A stretch of 64,000 bases of DNA from the human T2T-CHM13v2.0 reference genome, Homo sapiens: the NCBI RefSeq assembly GCF_009914755.1, contig NC_060936.1; one strand, 5' to 3'. Positions 49,716-62,669 of the stretch are shown here, piece by piece. The position numbers and the translations under genes were made by a program. How positions within the stretch are numbered: the stretch's first letter is position 1; the number at the start of each line of letters is the position of its first letter. The notes beneath the pieces were generated by a model that was not told the DNA's origin, did no database searches, and was given only the letters and a program-made list of their open reading frames with translations.

Positions 49716-50017
49716 CATGTTGAAAGAAATACTAACATATTCTTTAAGAAGTAGACCTCAACCAGGAAAGGAAAAAGAGTCAAGCCTCTAGCCAAGGTTT
49801 ATTTTAAAAGTGTTTCATGTCTTCATGATTGATTATTTTGACTGCTCATTCATTCCATATGCATTCTCTACAGAGTTTTATCAAACATAGGAAATACTCT
49901 TTTAGTTATTTTTTTATTCTCTATAAATAAATTAATGGCTAGCATATACATTAAAAAATCTCATTTAGAAACTTTTTAAAAGAATCTTTTAGTTTTATTC
50001 TTCATACACCAAAATAA

Positions 50018-50224
<207 letters not shown>

Positions 50225-50743
50225 TGATATCAATTTTAAATGTTGTAAAAAAAAATTCCAAAACCTGCATCTTTGGATCAAAGCCAATGTCAGTATACTA
50301 TATTTAGCTGAATAAATTACAGGCACCCATTAACTTTGCTAAGAGCTCAGGGTCTCCAGGTAGGCCACAAATACCCCTTCAATCCTGGGCAAGTTACTCC
50401 GTCTCGGCATTGCTGTTTGCAAATCAGTAAAATAAGTAGTTGTACCACATAGCAGGCCAGGTCCTGTCCTGGTCATCGCATTCTGCATTGGTGTAACTCC
50501 TTGTTAGGAATCTTAGTATGAACTCTGCCATAGTTTCAGCCCTTGAAACAACCAGCAAATAAATGTAGCCTTCCTTCCCCCTCCAAACCCACCATGTTCT
50601 TTAATGTCTATATCCTATCAGTGAGAATTCAGACATGAATGTTTAAGGAAAATGGGAGGAGAGTGCCCATAGAATAATACTCACACCAGAATCTGAGATA
50701 AGACTCACGCATGATCAAATAGGAACCACACACCAAAAGTCTT

Positions 50744-51289
50744 TGTGGGGAGACTTTAGGTAAGCCCCTAAGATACCCAACACCAACACCTGGTGTCTAT
50801 AGTCTTATAGAATGCCCTCTTTTTGAGTGTGAGTGTGAGACCGGTGATTTGATAATAGTCAGCAGAAAACAGCAAAAGTGACAGGATGTCACTTCACAAT
50901 TCATGCTATGTTATATAATACTGTCTTGCTAACAAACTAGCTTTAGATTCTCCCTTGTCAGCTGTGACGAAGCAAGTAGAAATGGACACTACAGGAACTG
51001 ATAGTAACCTCCAGGAGCTGAGAGAAATCTCAGTCCTACCACTTCAAGGAAATAAATTCTGCCAATAACATGAATGAGCTTAGAAACAAATTCTTACCCA
51101 GTTGAGCCTCTGATGAGACTGCAGACCCAGCCAACATGTGAGTTGCAGACTGGTAAGACCCTGAAGCATTGAATCCAGCAATGCCATACCTGGACTCCTG
51201 ACCCACAGAAACCATGAGATAATAAATGTGTGTTGTTTAAGCTGCTAAAATTATGGTAAGTTGCTATATGGCAATAGGTAACTAATATA
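50744..51289 (+). mobile_element. MLT1E/F-like solo LTR
   Basis: aaggaaataaattctgccaa; gagcctctgatgagactgcag; gactcctgacccacagaaacc..gagataataaatgtgtgttg; ends taactaatata. Confidence 0.85.
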
Positions 51290-51584
51290 GCTGTGAAGGT
51301 AATGTTGGTCTCTTCATTCCCACATTTTGTATAGAGTATATATTAGTGCCATACACTTAGGCAGTAAAAATCATACTGACCCATTTTTATCTCCTTTAGC
51401 AAAATAATTGTAGATATATCTATTTTATTTCCAAAAAAAGTCATAATGTTTTATTGTCTCAGAATACTGAAATAAAGCACATCTTAGATAATGAATAAAG
51501 AATTTATGCTAAAAGAAACTGGCTGGTTCTTTGGCCATTCCTTGCATCTAGAGTTTACCAATACTTATAGTAAGAAGTCTTAAA

Positions 51585-52440
51585 TTCATTTATTTATTCA
51601 CTATATATTTGATGTACTCCTGTTTTATAAAAACTGCAGAAAGTGCTCTGGGGGATTCAGAGATAAATAAGACATGGTTACTGCCCCAAGAAAAATTATA
51701 ACTTTGTCGCACTAAGTTTTGTGAATGTGTTGTCAATGCAAGAGTTTAAATTGTTTGTAATACTGTATGTCTTAAAGGATCACAGTTTCAGAACAGAAGA
51801 AAATAAATGCAATGCATCAAAGTGAAATTGCCTATATGAGCCCATCTATGATGTTTGTATTAAATGGTTTCAGATAAATTCCCATGGGAATAATATTGAC
51901 TCTTATGGATGGGTAATATCTCAATAACCAGATACATGGAGGAGAATATTTTATTGGAGAAACTTAAAGGTAAGAATGATGGGCATATTCAGAGAACAAG
52001 TGATTTGGGCTTGAAAGCCATCATGGTTTATTGGAAAAAGCAAAAGTACAGAACATAGTGTCAATTAAAAAATAATGAGGGCCTGAACTAGGCTGGAATG
52101 GAAAGGAGGATCCAAACAGAAAATGAAGACACTGCGGATGTGGACCCTAGAATAAGCACAGCAACTGATTGTGTGAGACAGTTGATAGAGAGAAACAGAA
52201 ACGACTTTGAAGTTTAAAACCTGGATTAAAGGGAATAGAATTATCATTAACAACATTAGGAGGGTTAAGAGGCAGTATTGGTTTGTGGGGAGAAAATAGC
52301 TGGGTGTGATACACATTGGATTTAAAGGGCTAGTGAAACAGGGTATTTGAGGAGGAGAAAGGTAAGGGCAATAAGATCAAGAATATTTGGCAATAAGGAA
52401 ACCGCTAAAACTGCACTTTCAGATGAGTGTTGGGTTTATG
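51585..52440 (-). mobile_element. L2 relics, antisense
   Basis: ttcatttatttattca...agagataaataagacatggttactgccc; tgagggcctgaactagg. Confidence 0.55.
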
Positions 52441-53210
52441 ATGGGTAAAAAAGTAGGTTAGTAGAAAAAATGGAGTCAAACGACAAAGCAACAAGGATCT
52501 TGAATGACAACCTAAGAAAAATTAAAGGGAGATGGGTGTTTCTAATGCTTTTCAGGGTGCAGCACCGTCTTACTACAAGTCAAAAGAGGAGCTCTAGTCT
52601 AAGTATTTTCAAAATGTGAAAAGAAATGTTTTTTGAAAGACGCCATAGAAAAAGATAAAGCACAAATTTTAAATATAATTTCATTATTTTTGGCACACAT
52701 GCCCCTTTGAATATAGCACATCTCTTTTCTCTTAGGGAAAATTAATGGAATAAAAAAGACCTCCTATCCCTATTTAAGTCATTGGATCTGTAAAAATGGA
52801 ACATAACCAAAACTGTGATGAATGAAACAACTGATGAAAGTTCAAAAAAATCAAAAGTTATTTTATATATATCCTTTGAGCAATTTTCTGACATACTTTC
52901 CATTTCTTAATACAGTACCCTGAGTTGAAGCAATGACAACTAGAAGCAGGATTATAACACCTATGTTTTCAGTTATGAAAAGTGAGTTATTTCTGATGAT
53001 GAGTGTGAGCTGCCAACAAGCACATAACACCATGCCCACTAGTCCTATAATTTGCTTTTGTTTTAGAAAATTTTCTTGTTTTCTGCAGTTTCCATTTTCA
53101 GAGTACGTGTAGCACACAACCTGACAGTACTACCCTTTAAAAAAATATTTCCAGAGCATTTAACAAAGTTCTATGCAGAGAGGATGTTCAAAACTTCTAA
53201 TTAGTTCATC

Positions 53211-53235
53211 TGTGTGTGTGTGTGTGTGTGTGTGT
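53211..53235. repeat. (TG)n microsatellite
   Basis: ~12 TG units. Confidence 0.9.
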
Positions 53236-53829
53236 ATTTGTAAATTTGAAATTCTATATGTGAGAAAATTGATGTAAAATAGCTGGCAAAGTGATTGCTT
53301 AATAAATGCTTAAAAGAAACATGAAATCTGAGAAATGCAGAATGACAAAAACTGTTGAAATAAAAGAAAATTGGGGAACAGTTATCAGCTTAGAATCTAT
53401 GTCATTCAAAAATATAAAGTGTTAATACCACCACAAAGCAAATAATTTATGAATATTTGAATGCCAATGTGTCATATGGGCTTTTTGGCTCAGGAGATAC
53501 TAATTTCCCAGTGACCAGAGTATCTCACCTTAAATGCAAAGTGTAATCCTCAGATTTGACTCACAGCAAGATGCATTATGCATGGCCCAGCCTGTGTTCC
53601 TCTCATTTATTCATACTCTCTGAACTCTGTCTCTCTCTCTCTCTCTCTCACTTTCTCTCATTTAGAGCTACTATTAACATTTTGTACTTTTTTCTTGGGT
53701 TTTATGATATATATGTAAGAAAATGACAGAAGATCAGTAAAGAAATACTGCTTTAATTTCTAGAGGCAATATTTCATTACAAATATCAGAAAAAAATTAC
53801 ACTGACAAAATGACCTATACAGCAAGGAC

Positions 53830-54250
53830 TGCAGGTTGTTCTCTACTATGCATGCCCTCCTTCTATAATAATAGAACTTCCCAATCTTTAGCTGGGCATA
53901 TAACCACTTACAATACACCAAGCCCATTCCTTTGCAATTGCAGGTAGATATATGATTCAGTTTTGGTCAAAGTGATGCCAATAGAAGTCTGATGTGGGTT
54001 GTGCCCTTAAAAGGAAGCAGTTTACCTTCTCCTTCCCCTGCATTTTTGCCATCTGGGATGATGGAGATGAGGAGATCACACTAAGGGGCTTGAGCAACAA
54101 GAGAGAATTCTTCACACTTGAATTCTTGCAGCAGAGCACTAGTATCATTCTAGAATTTTATGAGAAAGCAATAACCTTCTGTCTTGTTTAAAGAAGTATT
54201 ACTTTGGATCTTAAGTCATGTTGCTGAACTTATAGCCATGTGATTCCAAA
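53830..54250 (+). mobile_element. Old MaLR LTR (MLT1K/L-like)
   Basis: ttttggtcaaagtgatg..gaagtctg; tgagaaagcaataaccttctgtcttgtttaaag. Confidence 0.55.
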
Positions 54251-54409
54251 AAGCTAGTGTATATTACTGAGGAAACAGGAGGTTCTCTACCATTACTTGT
54301 TCCTAGATATCATTTTAATTTTATCTTCCTTTCAAATTTTTAGTTCTACTTTGAAAAGATGCATTATATTCAAATCATCTCAGAGCCGGAAAAGGGTTTT
54401 TTGTAACAT

Positions 54410-54715
54410 TTAGTCTGGCGTTCCCTGATGTGTATTTAACTGAATAAGCAGTAGTCATCAGTAGTCATGAATAAAGGAGATATAAATAAATGGCAATAAA
54501 GTAAAACATGTTTAGAAAACAGCTAAAATTCATTCTCTTCGTGAAGAGTCACAATGCATATTAGCATATAAATATATGAATAGTCCTAAAATAGAGGGAA
54601 ATATTTAACATTTTATTTTCCTATCAATAGACCATAGAAACATTTTTAAAACAGTATAGATTAACCTACTTTGTAACTACTGCTCTGTGGAACATTCTTT
54701 GGGGAAGTTTGAATT
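54410..54715. mobile_element. Degenerate hAT-Charlie-type MER relic
   Basis: cacaatgcatattagcatat...gaccatagaaac...ctgtggaacattctttgggga. Confidence 0.4.
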
Positions 54716-56907
54716 TCTAGATAGTGCATAAATCCTCCATGTGTTCAAAAAATGACTCTTTAGTCCTTGCTTGAATGCCTTCCAATAACAGAAGTCACTA
54801 CTTCAAAAGATGATCCATTTCATCTACTTCTCACTTTTAAAAATAAAGACATTAATGAAGATGGATATTAATTATTTCTATTAAATGTGAGAATGTTTTT
54901 GACCTCAGTAACATTTGCCACAATGCATTGTTTTATTTACCAGGTTAGTAATGGCAACAGAAAGTTCAATGATCTCATTTTAAACAACCTGTGTACTCAG
55001 CCTACCTAACATTTCAATTTCCCTTCAGCAGCATTTGATCAATCCTTTTTAGTGTATCATGTATTCTACATGTGAGAGAGGAAGGAGGAAATTGAATCCA
55101 TTTTTCTTTAACTCAATAATCTGATAACACAGCAAATATCACTGAAATAAAGTCAATTATTTTCTGATGACCAAAACGACCATTTTGTTACTTGCTGTTT
55201 TGTTACAAATTCAAGAATCGTAAAACAAAAGAATTCTATAATTAAAATGCCCATTTAGTCTTTCTTCAGATTCCATTTCCTAATCAATAATTGTTGCCTC
55301 AACACATGGTCATAAATCCACATGTGTGTAGGCCACATTAAATACTCATTAGTCATGGTAATAAAGTGTGGTCTATTTGAATTTTAAAAATAATATGAAC
55401 CTATGAAAATGGGAGAATGTATAGTAGGGCCAACTTTCTAAGTGTACACAGTAATACACTTGGCATTAGTAACTGATGGACTATAAAATGAAATATGGTT
55501 TTACCAAGATTAGCAATATTTGGGAGAAAAAATTTATTTACATTATTTTTGACCAATTTTTGAATCAAACTGTTATCTTGACCAATACATTTGTTATCAA
55601 GTTGCTTTTAATCAGATCATTTACTATCTTTTCATGAAGTCACCAAATACATAGTTCAAGAATTTTTTAGAGCTGCATTCAATAAATTTAACGAATCAAA
55701 TTGATTTTAATCAAATCTCTTGGCCTTCACCAACAGTAGCTTTCAGCATTAAATTTTAAAACTTTAATTAGAGAATTAGCAGTGATTCCACTGAGCTCTG
55801 AGTAATATGTAAACTTTTGAATAGCCATCTGATGACTCCACATAGACAGTATGACCTGAATACCAATATATTCTTGAATAAATTAATAATGTTCTAGTTT
55901 ATTTTCCCAATTATAATTTCAAATTGAATTTATTTAAATGTCACATTAGTAAGATATTTGTGAGTATTAAGTAATTATATTTAAAACTACAAAAGTCTCA
56001 GGACACATTTGGCTCCTGAGCTGTCTATTGGACACTTATAAGAATATAAGAAGGTAGATATTTTATAGTACTGCACTGAAGTTTGGCTCCAACCTTGATT
56101 TTAAGCCTAAATCTGCTTTTAGGTTTGAGTGTTAGCCATGGATTTGAGAAGCTTGAACAGTTAAAATTCTATTTTAATGCCGTATCAGGCATTATTGAAC
56201 TCGTATATGATTAATGATCATGTAATGGATAGATTATCATCATTTCTTATCACAATATGAACAAAAATAAAATAAAAACAGCAAATCACTTGCATCAATT
56301 GTTAATACATGAATAGGTAACTTGGAGAAAATCTTATATACTTTATATATTGAACAATTATTTTTCACTAATGCAAATTTACTTTTCTAAGAGTAAAATG
56401 CCACAATAATTTATATTTAATAGTGAAAGGTGTTAATTTCACATCAGAAAATGATTTAAAACAGCCAAAAAGTTAAATATATGACAGCATATGAATTTAA
56501 TAAATATCAAGAAAAAACATATCAGCTAGATAAATTTTTAAAATATCTTTATCTTTTGTGCCAAAAATATTTATAAAATATAAATAGTAATTAAGTTAGA
56601 ATAATAGAAGTAATGTCATAATGCTAATCTCTGTAGGATTATTTACTTTATAAGCATTGATAAGATTTAAAAATCTTTATTTCAAATCATCTTTAGCCTA
56701 AATATAAAGAACACAAAGTACAAAAAGAAGCCTTAAGAGAAAAATGTCCTACCTCAAAATATCTCCCTCCTCCATCTATTTAGTGGACAGTAAGCAATTA
56801 TTTTATATCACAAACAATGCAATAGCATGTCTTCAAGAACATTGTAGACAATAAGAATGCAGAGAAGTTATTGTTCCTGTGCTATAATGTCAACAATGTA
56901 AACTTTG

Positions 56908-57601
56908 TATAAAAAAATACTTGTACTGGTATATTTATCACAGCACTACTCATAATAGCAAAGATATGGAACCCACCTGTATCTACCAATGGTTGACTGG
57001 ATGATTGGATAAATGTTATGATCCAATGGATCCAATGAATGATTGGATAAATGCTATATATATATGTATATGGTATGTATATGTATATGTATATATTATA
57101 TATGTATATATAACATTTTATGTATCTAGTCATCCACTGATCAACACAGGTTTATTCCATATCTTTTATATCATATATCAATAAATGTTATAAATGCTAT
57201 ATATATGTATACATACACACATATATATACATATACATACATATATACATATATGTATGATACACACACAATGGAATACTAGTCTGCCATAAAAAGAATA
57301 AAATCATGTCTTTTGCAGCAATAAGGATATAACTGGAGGCCATTATCTTAAGTGAAATAACTCACACAGAAACACCAAAACCACATGTTCTGACTTATAA
57401 GTGGAAGCTAAATAACGTGTACACATGGGCATAGAGGGGAAATAATAGTCATGGGAGACTCAGAAAAATGGGAATGAGATGGGGGAATGGGAGATGAGAA
57501 ATTACTTAATGAATACAATGTATACTATTCGAGTGATGGTTGCACTAAATGCCCAGACTTATGGGCTTCTTGCCACTTAAATTTATACCAATAAAATAAA
57601 A
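56908..57601 (+). mobile_element. L1PB4-like 3' end with internal rearrangement and TA-rich tract
   Basis: gatgagaaattacttaatgaatacaatgtatactattcgagtgatgg..taaatgcccagactt; TSD taaactttg at 56899-56907 and 57602-57610. Confidence 0.85.
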
Positions 57602-57924
57602 TAAACTTTGAGTACTTGATATTGTAATAATGAAATTTAATATTAACTAAAAATCTTATCAAATTTTAGATTCATTCCCATACCTCAGAATTTAATTCTA
57701 CGATGAAGATATTTCACTTCGGCCTTGGTTCAGCTGAATATTTTTTTTAACAGCGGGCCAAATATGTATTTAGTGAAACTTTACCAAACATATCAGAATT
57801 TTTACAACTAAACAAGCATTTTATTCATATCAATTCCAATAAATACATATTTTTTCTAGATTTTACTTTTAAAAGTTTTTGAACTCCATTTTGTCAGAAC
57901 ATTGTCTTTGTAGACTAACAATTT

Positions 57925-58100
57925 AGTTTTGAATTAGTGGGTCACCCTAGACAAATGATTTAAATTATTTGAGCCTTCAGTTTCTGTCATGGATAGTAAC
58001 ATCTACTTTGCAGCAGTGTAAGGATTTAATTGGATCACATATATAAGGACCTTAGCTCAATGCTTGGTATGTAAAGATTTGCAAAAATGAGTAATTTTCA
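57925..58100 (+). mobile_element. MIR SINE fragment
   Basis: gagccttcagtttctg...aggatttaattggatcacatatataagg..cttagctcaatgcttgg. Confidence 0.65.
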
Positions 58101-58557
58101 CTTTCTTCTTCCTTGGTGCCTATGCCTTTAATCTTTGAAATTGCTGTCATTAACAGTTTATGGACCATACAGGAAATTAAAATAATAGAAACACGGAAAG
58201 TTGGAAAGAGATGGAAACTCTGAGAACATTTACTCTATTATTTTCAACTTCTTGAGTAGTAAAATTCTTTCTTAAAATAAAATCCTATATCTAACCCCAA
58301 TATATAAAACTGATCAAATCAAAGCTACTTTGATTGAAGCAGAGACAAAGGGCCCTGAATCCACCAATTTTCTTCTCCTTTACCCTAAGCACAGTGGGTT
58401 CTAGATCACCTCACTCCTATGGAATTTCAGCCTTTTGTAATGAAACAACAGAAAGTGTGAAGCATTAAAAATACTGTTTTTCTGGAAGACTGGCTTTCCC
58501 CCAAATTGTGTGCCTTGTGCAGGTCACTAAAACTCTTCGATTAAACTCTTTAGCTTG

Positions 58558-58764
58558 TTTTAATTTTTAATTTTTTTTATTTTTTATTACACTTTAAGTT
58601 CTAGGGTACATGTGCACAACGTGCAGGTTTGTTACATATGTATACATGTGCCATGTTGGTGTGCTGCACCCATTAACTCATCGTTTACATTAGGTATATC
58701 TCCTAATGCTATCCCTCTCCCCTCCCGCTACCCCACGACAGGCCCCGGTGTGTGATGATCCCCT
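58558..58764 (-). mobile_element. Short L1PA4/5-like 3' end, antisense
   Basis: ctttaagttctagggtacatgtgcacaacgtgcaggtttgttac...acaggccccggtgtgtgatg. Confidence 0.92.
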
Positions 58765-58887
58765 TTGGAAATGAGCGGTCTGAAATATTCCGTTCTAAAT
58801 CTAATTCATTCCATCTATTTTCTTTCTTTTGTCATCAAACTTCTTGAAGAAAAATATATAAATAATTTTATCAAAATTTACCAATTA

Positions 58888-59509
58888 TGGCAACTTGTAA
58901 TTTCAAAGATGGTAGCAATGAAATCTTCCTTCACGCTTGCTCTTCTTCAATGTGATCTTGCCACTCAATCAAGAGACAGACACTAACTTTCCTCCCCTTA
59001 AGCCCAATTGCCCTTTCTTAGATCAGTGCTGCCCTTAGTAACTCACTTGTACCCAACACCATAAAGCCGCAGAATAGCACTGTATGGATTTCCTAGACTA
59101 AATCAGGAACGGCCATGCAACGTTTACCTGCTTCCCTTGCAAAGCTCACCTGCCAGATGTTCCCTCTGGACACTTTCTCTAAGAAACAACCCTGCCACCA
59201 CGTTGTGGTGAACCCAAGCCAGAAGAGAAATCACTTGCAGGTGCCCTGGTCCATACTCCCAGCTGAACCCAGACTTCAAGCTATGCCAGACCAGGCACTA
59301 GACATGTGAACGACCTTCAGATGATTCCAGGCAGTCATTCAAGTCACTCCAAGCCAATAAAGTGTTCCCAGCTGAGACCCCAAACAAGCCACCCCCACTA
59401 GGCTTTGTCCAAATTCCTGATTGAAATAATTCATTAACATAATAAAATGGTTGTGCTTTTGCCACTAAGTTTAAGGTGGTTTGTAATGCAGGAATGTTAC
59501 ACCAGAACA
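58888..59509 (+). mobile_element. MLT1G-like solo LTR
   Basis: tttcaaagatgg..gca; ccaggcactagacatgtga; ttcccagctgagacccca; aataaaatggttgtgcttttgccactaagttt; ends ccagaaca. Confidence 0.8.
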
Positions 59510-59873
59510 TTAACAGCCCTACTGCTGGCCATATCCAGTGTCCTTGACTCATGTTTCATCCTCTTCAACCTTGCAAGCACTCTTTAAAACTCTGTCTAAA
59601 TATTACATTCATGACATAGGACTTATGATTCTCTTCCTATCATAATCTTTTTTAAGTAAAAATCCTTATTGGATTTCTCATTTCCTCTAGCAAACTCTTA
59701 AAAGAAGGTGTTTGTAGAGATCACTTCCTCAGCTCTCTTCCCTGCCATTCTCTCTTGACCAGCTCATCCAATACTAGGATTTAAATTATCACTTGATTTA
59801 TTCGTCAATTCACTCAATACATCTTTGTTGAGCATCTACAATGTGTCATTGTAGGGACTGATGTGGGAGACAT

Positions 59874-59970
59874 TATATAATATATAAATATATATAATAT
59901 ATAAATTTATAAATATATAATGTATAAATAAATATATATACATATATAAATATATATATATTATATATAT
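59874..59970. repeat. TA-rich low-complexity tract
   Basis: Degenerate (TA)n/(TATAAA)n. Confidence 0.9.
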
Positions 59971-60342
59971 GATTCTCCAGTTCTCCTCTCCTTTTAGGCC
60001 ATAAGAAATACACTTCTCAGTTTGGTAAAAACTATTCCACTAGATGAAGCCAAAGAAATATGAATGGAAATAACATGTCATGAACCAGAACCATGAATTT
60101 AAAGTGAGACAAAGCATCATTATTTTCCCCACCTCCTTCCCCCAGAAACATTCAAATTTATATTCCTGATTCTCGAGTCCAAACATATCACTCTTTGTCC
60201 CCATTCAATCTTCAATGAATATCTATGGCCTAGTCAGTAGAGTCAACTAACAAAGCCCCAAGATCATTTATAGAGTAGCCCCAAACTATCTTTATGAATT
60301 TATCTCCATCTATGGTGTAAGAACTCTCAGTTCTTGCTCTCT

Positions 60343-60602
60343 CAGTTGATTTTATCATTTGACTGGATTCTTATTTTTTCTTAATTAAATGACAGCCATT
60401 TCTCTGTTATTCTCTATTCAATAATATTGATAATATATAATTTATTTAAGCCACACTAATTATTCTTCAACTTAAATCGTGTAACTTCTATCATGGTTCT
60501 AGTTGCTTCAAATTTAATTCTTGGAACATGATCGTTTTTCTGTCATTTTCTTAATTTTTCTTCCTCTGTGACTATAATCCTCAGTAATTGCTTTTGTTGT
60601 CT
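60343..60602. repeat. Direct repeat copy 1 (~260 bp; partner at 61626-61893)
   Basis: Colinear similarity from cagttgatttta to aattgcttttgttgtct; shared exact block tttttctgtcattttcttaatttttcttcctctgtgactat. Confidence 0.95.
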
Positions 60603-60719
60603 ATAAGAACTCTCTTGCCCACCCAGATAAACAAGGGTGATTCCCTATTCAAAGATGCCATAAACATCCTCATTCCCTTCATTTCATTATGCTTTTGTAC
60701 TCCATCTATAGCCCCAGAT

Positions 60720-60870
60720 TTGATTATCTCAAACCTGACTGTGCATCAGAATAATTTAGGGAGTTTTAAAACACACATAATCAAGCCCAACTCCAAGAGC
60801 TGGTATAGAGCCTGGAGATGCTCTATTATTAGTAAATTTCCTGCATGGTTCAAGCCAAGGTTGGTCTCTA
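60720..60870. mobile_element. MER5-like hAT-Charlie MITE relic
   Basis: tctcaaacctgactgtgcatcagaataatttagggagttttaaaa...agccaaggttg. Confidence 0.6.
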
Positions 60871-60939
60871 AACAAAGGATAGAATCACTATACCTCCTGA
60901 TCCCATCAAAATTCTACTTTTCCTTCAAGATCCATGACA

Positions 60940-61050
60940 ATAGTAGTAACAACTATTGCTTACATTGTGTTTATTCCATGTACCAGGCACTTATCTAAAT
61001 GCTTTTATATACACTAGGTCACTTAATCCTCACAAGCACCATAAATCAAC
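60940..61050 (-). mobile_element. MIR SINE fragment
   Basis: atgtaccaggcact..ctaaatgcttt...acttaatcctcacaa. Confidence 0.7.
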
Positions 61051-61625
61051 AAAGTTTAGACATAGCTTCTGCCCCAATCTCCACCGTTTTGCTCTTGGGC
61101 CCAGTTGTGGACATGCATTCAGCTTATAGGGATCTCCTACTTCTTCCCACTCAGGAGAAATAAAAATCTGGCCGCATAAGCAGGAAGTCAGAAAGATCAA
61201 TAGCATCAGGCTGTCTGCTGTTGCCACTTGCTGTTGGATTCCTTACCTGCATATCGGCTCTTATTTCTGCTATGAATAACTCCACTGATTCACAATATTG
61301 AACTTAGCCTGACCCAGTGACTTTGGCTTCTACCGAGGGAAATCTGGAAGCCTGATAGTTCCTTCAGGCCAGTCTGCAGCTCCATTTCCAATAGAGAACA
61401 CCTGCAGGTTATAAGTCTCCATACAGCAGAGTACTGACCTAGTGTATGAAACTTTGTACAATGTTTTGCTAAAGGGTCAACACATGCTTTCCCAGGTCCC
61501 TTCCTGGGAAAGATGTCAACTCATGGGAGACTATCCTAATTAGATAACTTCAAACAGTGACAACCTTGCAGATAAAAATAAGTGGGAAAAAAACTGTAAG
61601 ACATATCTAGCTAGAATCCTATCAA

Positions 61626-61893
61626 CAGTTGATTTTATTATTGGACTGGATTATTTTTCTTGATTAAATGACAACCATTTATCTTTAATATCATTTCTTA
61701 TTTGATAAAATTGATAATATTGCATAACTTATTGAAGCCACACCAATTATTCTTTACCTTAAATTATATAATTTATATCTTTCATGGTTTTTGTCACTTC
61801 AAACTTAATTCTTGGAACATGTTCTTTTTTCTGTCATTTTCTTAATTTTTCTTCCTCTGTGACTATGATACTCCAGAATTGCTTTTGTTGTCT
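61626..61893. repeat. Direct repeat copy 2
   Basis: Partner of copy 1; same orientation, ~1.28 kb downstream. Confidence 0.95.
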
Positions 61894-62246
61894 CAGCTGC
61901 TCTGTCTGGACTGCTTTCTGCTCTTCTAACTAAATGCTAATCAATTTCCACTCATTGCCTGAGGGGAAAAAAACATTTCGATTTTAAACTTTCCTTTCTT
62001 CTTCTGACTATAAAATAATACATAAAATTTGGAGGCAAGAAAATAAAAATCATACACAACCCAGAGGATTACTGCTAACAGTAATGCTATTCTTTCCAGC
62101 ATTTGATATATGTAGATATAAATAACGATACTCACTTTCAAATTTGGGATAATGCTATAGATAATTTTTACTATACTTACAAAAATTAATACCAAATTTT
62201 GAGCACTTTCCATGTTCTTTGAAAAAGATATTTTGGGGGGCCTGGC

Positions 62247-62380
62247 TTATTTTTTTACTTTAGATTCAAGGGGTACATTTGCAGGTTTGCTACATGAGTA
62301 TATTAACTGATGCTGAGGTTTGGGCTGCCACTGATCCCATCACTCAGATAGTGAACATAGTAGTACCCAATAGGTAGTTT
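62247..62380 (-). mobile_element. Short L1PA15/16-like 3' end, antisense, inserted in an L1ME relic
   Basis: ttagattcaaggggtacatttgcaggtttgctacatg..tgatgctgaggtttggg; TSD-like gaaaaagata at 62221 and 62381. Confidence 0.8.
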
Positions 62381-62669
62381 GAAAAAGATAATTTTAACAT
62401 TTGGGAAGACTAGGGTTTTTAATGATTTTATAATACTTTTCCACACATGACCATGATTAATTTTTTTGTATTGTTGTAATGAGTTTTACTATTACAAATC
62501 GATTGCTATTTTTGCTTCAATGAACAATCATATTGCTATTTTTAAACTGTCATAAAGAACTTTGAGTAAATATCCTTAAACATAGATCTTGGACATACAT
62601 AGGTCGAATTTTTCCCCATGTAGATTTCTAAAGTAAAATATTACTGAATAAAATGGTGCAAACATTTTG

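Noticed and set aside
60343-61893. The two 260-bp repeats as LTRs of a provirus
   Set aside because: No TG...CA termini, PBS or PPT; the interior contains MER5 and MIR relics rather than retroviral sequence.
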